DNA from: Dictyostelium discoideum
Taxonomy: Eukaryota
Direction of reading: 5' to 3'
NCBI GenBank assembly: GCA_000004695.1
Contig: CM000151.3
Coordinates: 4,448,001 to 4,512,000, forward strand
DNA: 64,000 nt
In this document: one piece after another, positions 60,925 to 64,000 of the stretch
Position numbering within the stretch: the stretch's first letter is position 1
Layout of the letters: the number at the start of each line of letters is the position of its first letter
Position numbers and translations under genes: made by a program
The notes under the pieces: model-generated
The model's database searches: none
The model's input: only the letters and a program-made list of their open reading frames with translations
Told to the model about the DNA's origin: nothing

Positions 60925-61952
60925 GAATTCAATATTCTACAAGTAGTAGTAACAGCACTATCAATAAAAATCAAACTAAAAAAGTTGAATCATTAAATAA
61001 AGAGACAAAGGATTCTAATGATAAATCAATTTATGGATCAATTGGCGATATTGATTTTAGTAAAAAGGAGAGTGGACCATCAAAGAATGCATTAAGCAGA
61101 GAGAAATTAAGTAAAAGTTTATTATTAATGAGAAAATCAGGTACACTTTCATCAGTTAATATGATGGCAAAGATGGAGAATGAAAATTCTACACCTGTTT
61201 ATGGATCATTATCAGCCTATGCGTTATTTGATAGCGAAGAGGAGGTGTCAGGTGACATCACACAAGAGCATTTGAAAACCAAAGTGACAGTATACAATCC
61301 AATCATAGCATTACATAAATCAAGTGCCCACATCAAGCATTTCAAACACTTCAATAAGGTATCACTAGTGGTGTACCCATTGACACCCATCGGCAGACCA
61401 CCAAGCGAGTATGACCTACCACGTGTGAATTTCAGTGGTCGTATGAGACTGCTACCATCACCTAACGCCAGTAAAGACACACAAGACATTCTAACCTACA
61501 CAAAAGCGAAAAGACTCTATTTCGAGAGACACCCAAATTCAGCAGTGGTGATGGGCGATCAGTGCGACAAGGATTACGATTTCTTCATTATGGATATCTC
61601 TGACGCCTACTATTATGAAAGAAATCAAAAATTAACTTCCATTCCAATCGAGGTTTTGAAATGTTGTTCAGCAGATCCTGTCACTATTCAAAGTAGAGAA
61701 ATTATTGAGACTGTAAACTCAAAGTACCAAGACTCGCTCTCTCTCATCGTTGAGCAATATGGTGATGTTAAATTGGATGATTGTTTCATGTATTTCGTTG
61801 ATAGTTTCGGTTTAAATTGTATAGGTAAGAAAAAAGGTATTGATGAATGGTTAGATATTCGTATACCTTTTGATTCATCTTTTGATAATTTTGAAAATTG
61901 TAAATCTGGATTATATGAAACTTTAAGATTAGTTCGTAATAAAATTTTTTAA
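60759..61952 (+). CDS. Hypothetical protein, 397 aa. The N-terminal ~60 residues are basic and Ser/Thr/Asn-rich, possibly an organelle-targeting sequence. The C-terminal 250 residues are a compact, conserved-looking domain of unknown function.
   Basis: A single ORF: MIRNLILKSTKSQNLSRFYKTKTTNF.... The middle part (61200..61760) is markedly more GC-rich and uses C-ending codons (gac cta cca cgt gtg ... ggc gat cag tgc gac aag gat tac gat ttc ttc att atg gat atc tct gac gcc tac tat tat), encoding ...VYPLTPIGRPPSEYDLPRVNFSGRMRLLPSPNASKDTQDILTYTKAKRLYFERHPNSAVVMGDQCDKDYDFFIMDISDAYYY.... Confidence 0.65.
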
Positions 61953-62567
61953 AAAAAAAAAAATTATAATCAATAATATTTTTTTTTGATTTTTTTTTTT
62001 TTTTTTTTTTTTTTTCAAATAATATTTATTTATCAAACTTTTAAATAAAACGTGTAAAAAAAAGATTAGATATTTTTTTATTTCTATTTTTAAAAAAAAA
62101 AAAAAAAATCAAAAAAAAAAAAGAAATCAAAAAAAAAAAAAAAATCAAAAAATACTTTGAATTTATACCAATTTTATCAATAAAATATGATTTTTTTTAA
62201 AAACTAAATGAAATCTAAAAATCATATGATAATTTTTTTTTTCATTTTTTTTTTTTTTTTTTTATTTTCCAATAATTTTTTTTTTATATGAGACAAACAC
62301 TGTTCATTCCGACAGGAAATTAAATTTTTTTTTTTTTTTTTTTAATATATTTTTTTTTATTTTCACTTTTTTTTATTTTTTATTTTTTATTTTTTTTTTT
62401 ATTTTTTATTTTTTTTTTTTTAAATCCCAGGTGTGTTCACAAAAATAACAACAACACTAAAAAAAGTCTTCATTGTTTTTTACTTTTTTTTTTAATTTTT
62501 AATTTTTTATTTAATTTAAACAATATATAAATCAATTAAAATAAACACTCACTCGATAGTGTAAAAG

Positions 62568-62618
<51 letters not shown>

Positions 62619-62634
62619 ATATAAAAAAAAAAAA

Positions 62635-64000
62635 ATGACAACAACGTCAAAAATCATTAATGATGGTGAAGGTGAAGATGTTAAAGGTAATAAAAATATA
62701 AATAAAAAAAGTTTAATTGATGAAAATAGATTAGATGAAAAAAAAGATTTATTAAGTGATAAAGTTGAGAGTAAAACCCATTGTTCAGTAAAGAGAATGG
62801 CAGTATTAACATCAGGAGGTGATAGCAGTGGTATGAATCCAGCAATTAGAGCATTTGCAAGACAAGTAATGTTAAAAGGAGCAAAAGTATTTGCAGTTAG
62901 GGAAGGTTATAATGGTTTGGTTAACGATTCAATTGTACCTTTGAATTGGGGATCAGTAGCAGGTATTATCTCCCGTGGTGGTACAATCATTGGTACAGCA
63001 AGAAGTGCTGAATTTCGTACACGTGAGGGTAGAAAGAGAGCCGTATTCAATTTGGTGAAGAATAGAATCGACAATCTATTGGTTATAGGTGGTGATGGCT
63101 CATTGACAGGCGCAAATTTATTGAGAACTGAATGGTGTTCATTGCTTGAGGAGTTGGTCAAAGATGGCAAGTTGACATTGGACGTTATGGAGCATTTCCC
63201 AATTTTATCAATCGCTGGTATAGTAGGATCGATCGATAATGATATGTGTGGCACAGATTTAACGGTTGGTGCTGATACAGCAACCAAGAGAATTTTAGAG
63301 GCAATCGATTCAATTCTATCGACAGCAGTTTCACATCAACGTAGTTTTGTCATTGAAGTTATGGGAAGAAATTGTGGTTGGTTGGCATTGGCATCGGGTG
63401 TTGCAACAGGTGCAGATTATATATTGATACCTGAATCACCACCAGATGATGGTTGGGAGCAAACTATGGCTGATAATCTTGAAAGGGGTAGATTGTCAGG
63501 AAGAAGATGCAGTTTGGTCATTGTGTCAGAAGGTGCAATCGATCGTCAAGGCAAACCAATCACTTCAGCCTATGTTAGACAATTCCTTGAGGATAAAGGC
63601 CACGATGCAAGAATCACCATTCTTGGTCATGTACAACGTGGTGGTACACCAACATTTTTAGATCGTTACATTGCAACTCGTATGGGTATAGAAGCAGCAA
63701 ACTATTTCTATGATTCAACCATTGAACAATTGAAACAACCTGTATTGATCGGTATGAGTGGTATGGATACCATTCGTTCACCATTGATGGAATGTGTACA
63801 AAAGACTCAATCAATTGCATCACTCATCAAGGAGAGACGTTTCAATGAGGTTGTCGATGTTAGAGGTGGTATGTTTAAAGAGTTTTATGAGATCTTCATT
63901 GCATGTTCAAATTTACATCGTAGAAAGGTTGAGAGCAAGGGAATGGGTGTTTTAATACTTCATAGTGGTGGTCCATCACCAGGTATGAACCCATGTGTTC
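62635..64000 (+). CDS. pfkA: ATP-dependent 6-phosphofructokinase. The N-terminal ~455 codons are in the window and the 3' end is truncated at the window edge.
   Basis: MTTTSKIINDGEGEDVKGNKNINKKSLIDENRLDEKKDLLSDKVESKTHCSVKRMAVLTSGGDSSGMNPAIRAFARQVMLKGAKVFAVREGYNGLV...LLVIGGDGSLTGANLL...GSIDNDMCGTDLTVGADTA...SHQRSFVIEVMGRNCGWLALASGVATGADYILIPE...LGHVQRGGTPTFLDRYIATRMG...GMGVLILHSGGPSPGMNPCV. It has the canonical PFK ATP-binding (GGDGS), F6P-binding (MGR, H-Q-RGG) and duplicated-half signatures. It is absent from the ORF track because it runs off the window. Confidence 0.9.
   Translation, partial: MTTTSKIINDGEGEDVKGNKNINKKSLIDENRLDEKKDLLSDKVESKTHCSVKRMAVLTSGGDSSGMNPAIRAFARQVMLKGAKVFAVREGYNGLVNDSIVPLNWGSVAGIISRGGTIIGTARSAEFRTREGRKRAVFNLVKNRIDNLLVIGGDGSLTGANLLRTEWCSLLEELVKDGKLTLDVMEHFPILSIAGIVGSIDNDMCGTDLTVGADTATKRILEAIDSILSTAVSHQRSFVIEVMGRNCGWLALASGVATGADYILIPESPPDDGWEQTMADNLERGRLSGRRCSLVIVSEGAIDRQGKPITSAYVRQFLEDKGHDARITILGHVQRGGTPTFLDRYIATRMGIEAANYFYDSTIEQLKQPVLIGMSGMDTIRSPLMECVQKTQSIASLIKERRFNEVVDVRGGMFKEFYEIFIACSNLHRRKVESKGMGVLILHSGGPSPGMNPCV

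Noticed and set aside
62907-63823. ORFs 62907..63287(-), 63446..63661(+) and 63614..63823(-)
   Set aside because: They overlap the phosphofructokinase reading frame, which matches PFK across >450 codons. They are chance frames.

Overview
The window is AT-rich (~75-80% A+T) eukaryotic nuclear DNA with long homopolymer A/T tracts, (AAT)n/(CAA)n microsatellites inside coding regions, and short AT-rich GT...AG introns. The two actin ORFs are identical at the protein level to the Dictyostelium discoideum Act8-group actin, so I read the window as social-amoeba chromosomal DNA, not prokaryotic. CRISPR, operon and phage-type features do not apply. I resolved about 20 protein-coding genes, several with hand-derived intron/exon structures:
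- a tandem pair of paralogous 4-TM membrane protein genes;
- an Mdm34-like ERMES SMP-domain gene;
- a monothiol glutaredoxin (Grx5, CGFS);
- two near-identical actin genes in inverted orientation, with homologous promoters and 3' flanks, bracketing ~38 kb;
- a giant (~6,060 codon) VPS13-family lipid-transfer gene with a 75-nt micro-exon and a 16.7-kb exon;
- a signal-peptide/TM glycoprotein;
- a His/Gly-repeat protein with an apparent +1 frameshift;
- triosephosphate isomerase;
- a Lys/Thr-rich small basic protein;
- an SRR1-domain protein;
- an LRR protein;
- a secreted DsrE/DsrF-like protein;
- a Stealth-family (GlcNAc-1-phosphotransferase-like) protein;
- a SHAQKYF Myb factor;
- phosphofructokinase (3' truncated);
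- several low-complexity hypothetical proteins.
Non-coding observations: an array of AACGTTA motifs in what looks like a ~176-bp tandemly duplicated promoter module, GC-containing palindromes and direct repeats in otherwise AT-only intergenic DNA, an inverted-repeat element 3' of a gene, and ORF-free complex-sequence islands that could be ncRNA loci. I found no tRNA, rRNA, CRISPR or recognisable transposon. Coordinates of hand-derived splice sites may be off by a few nt.
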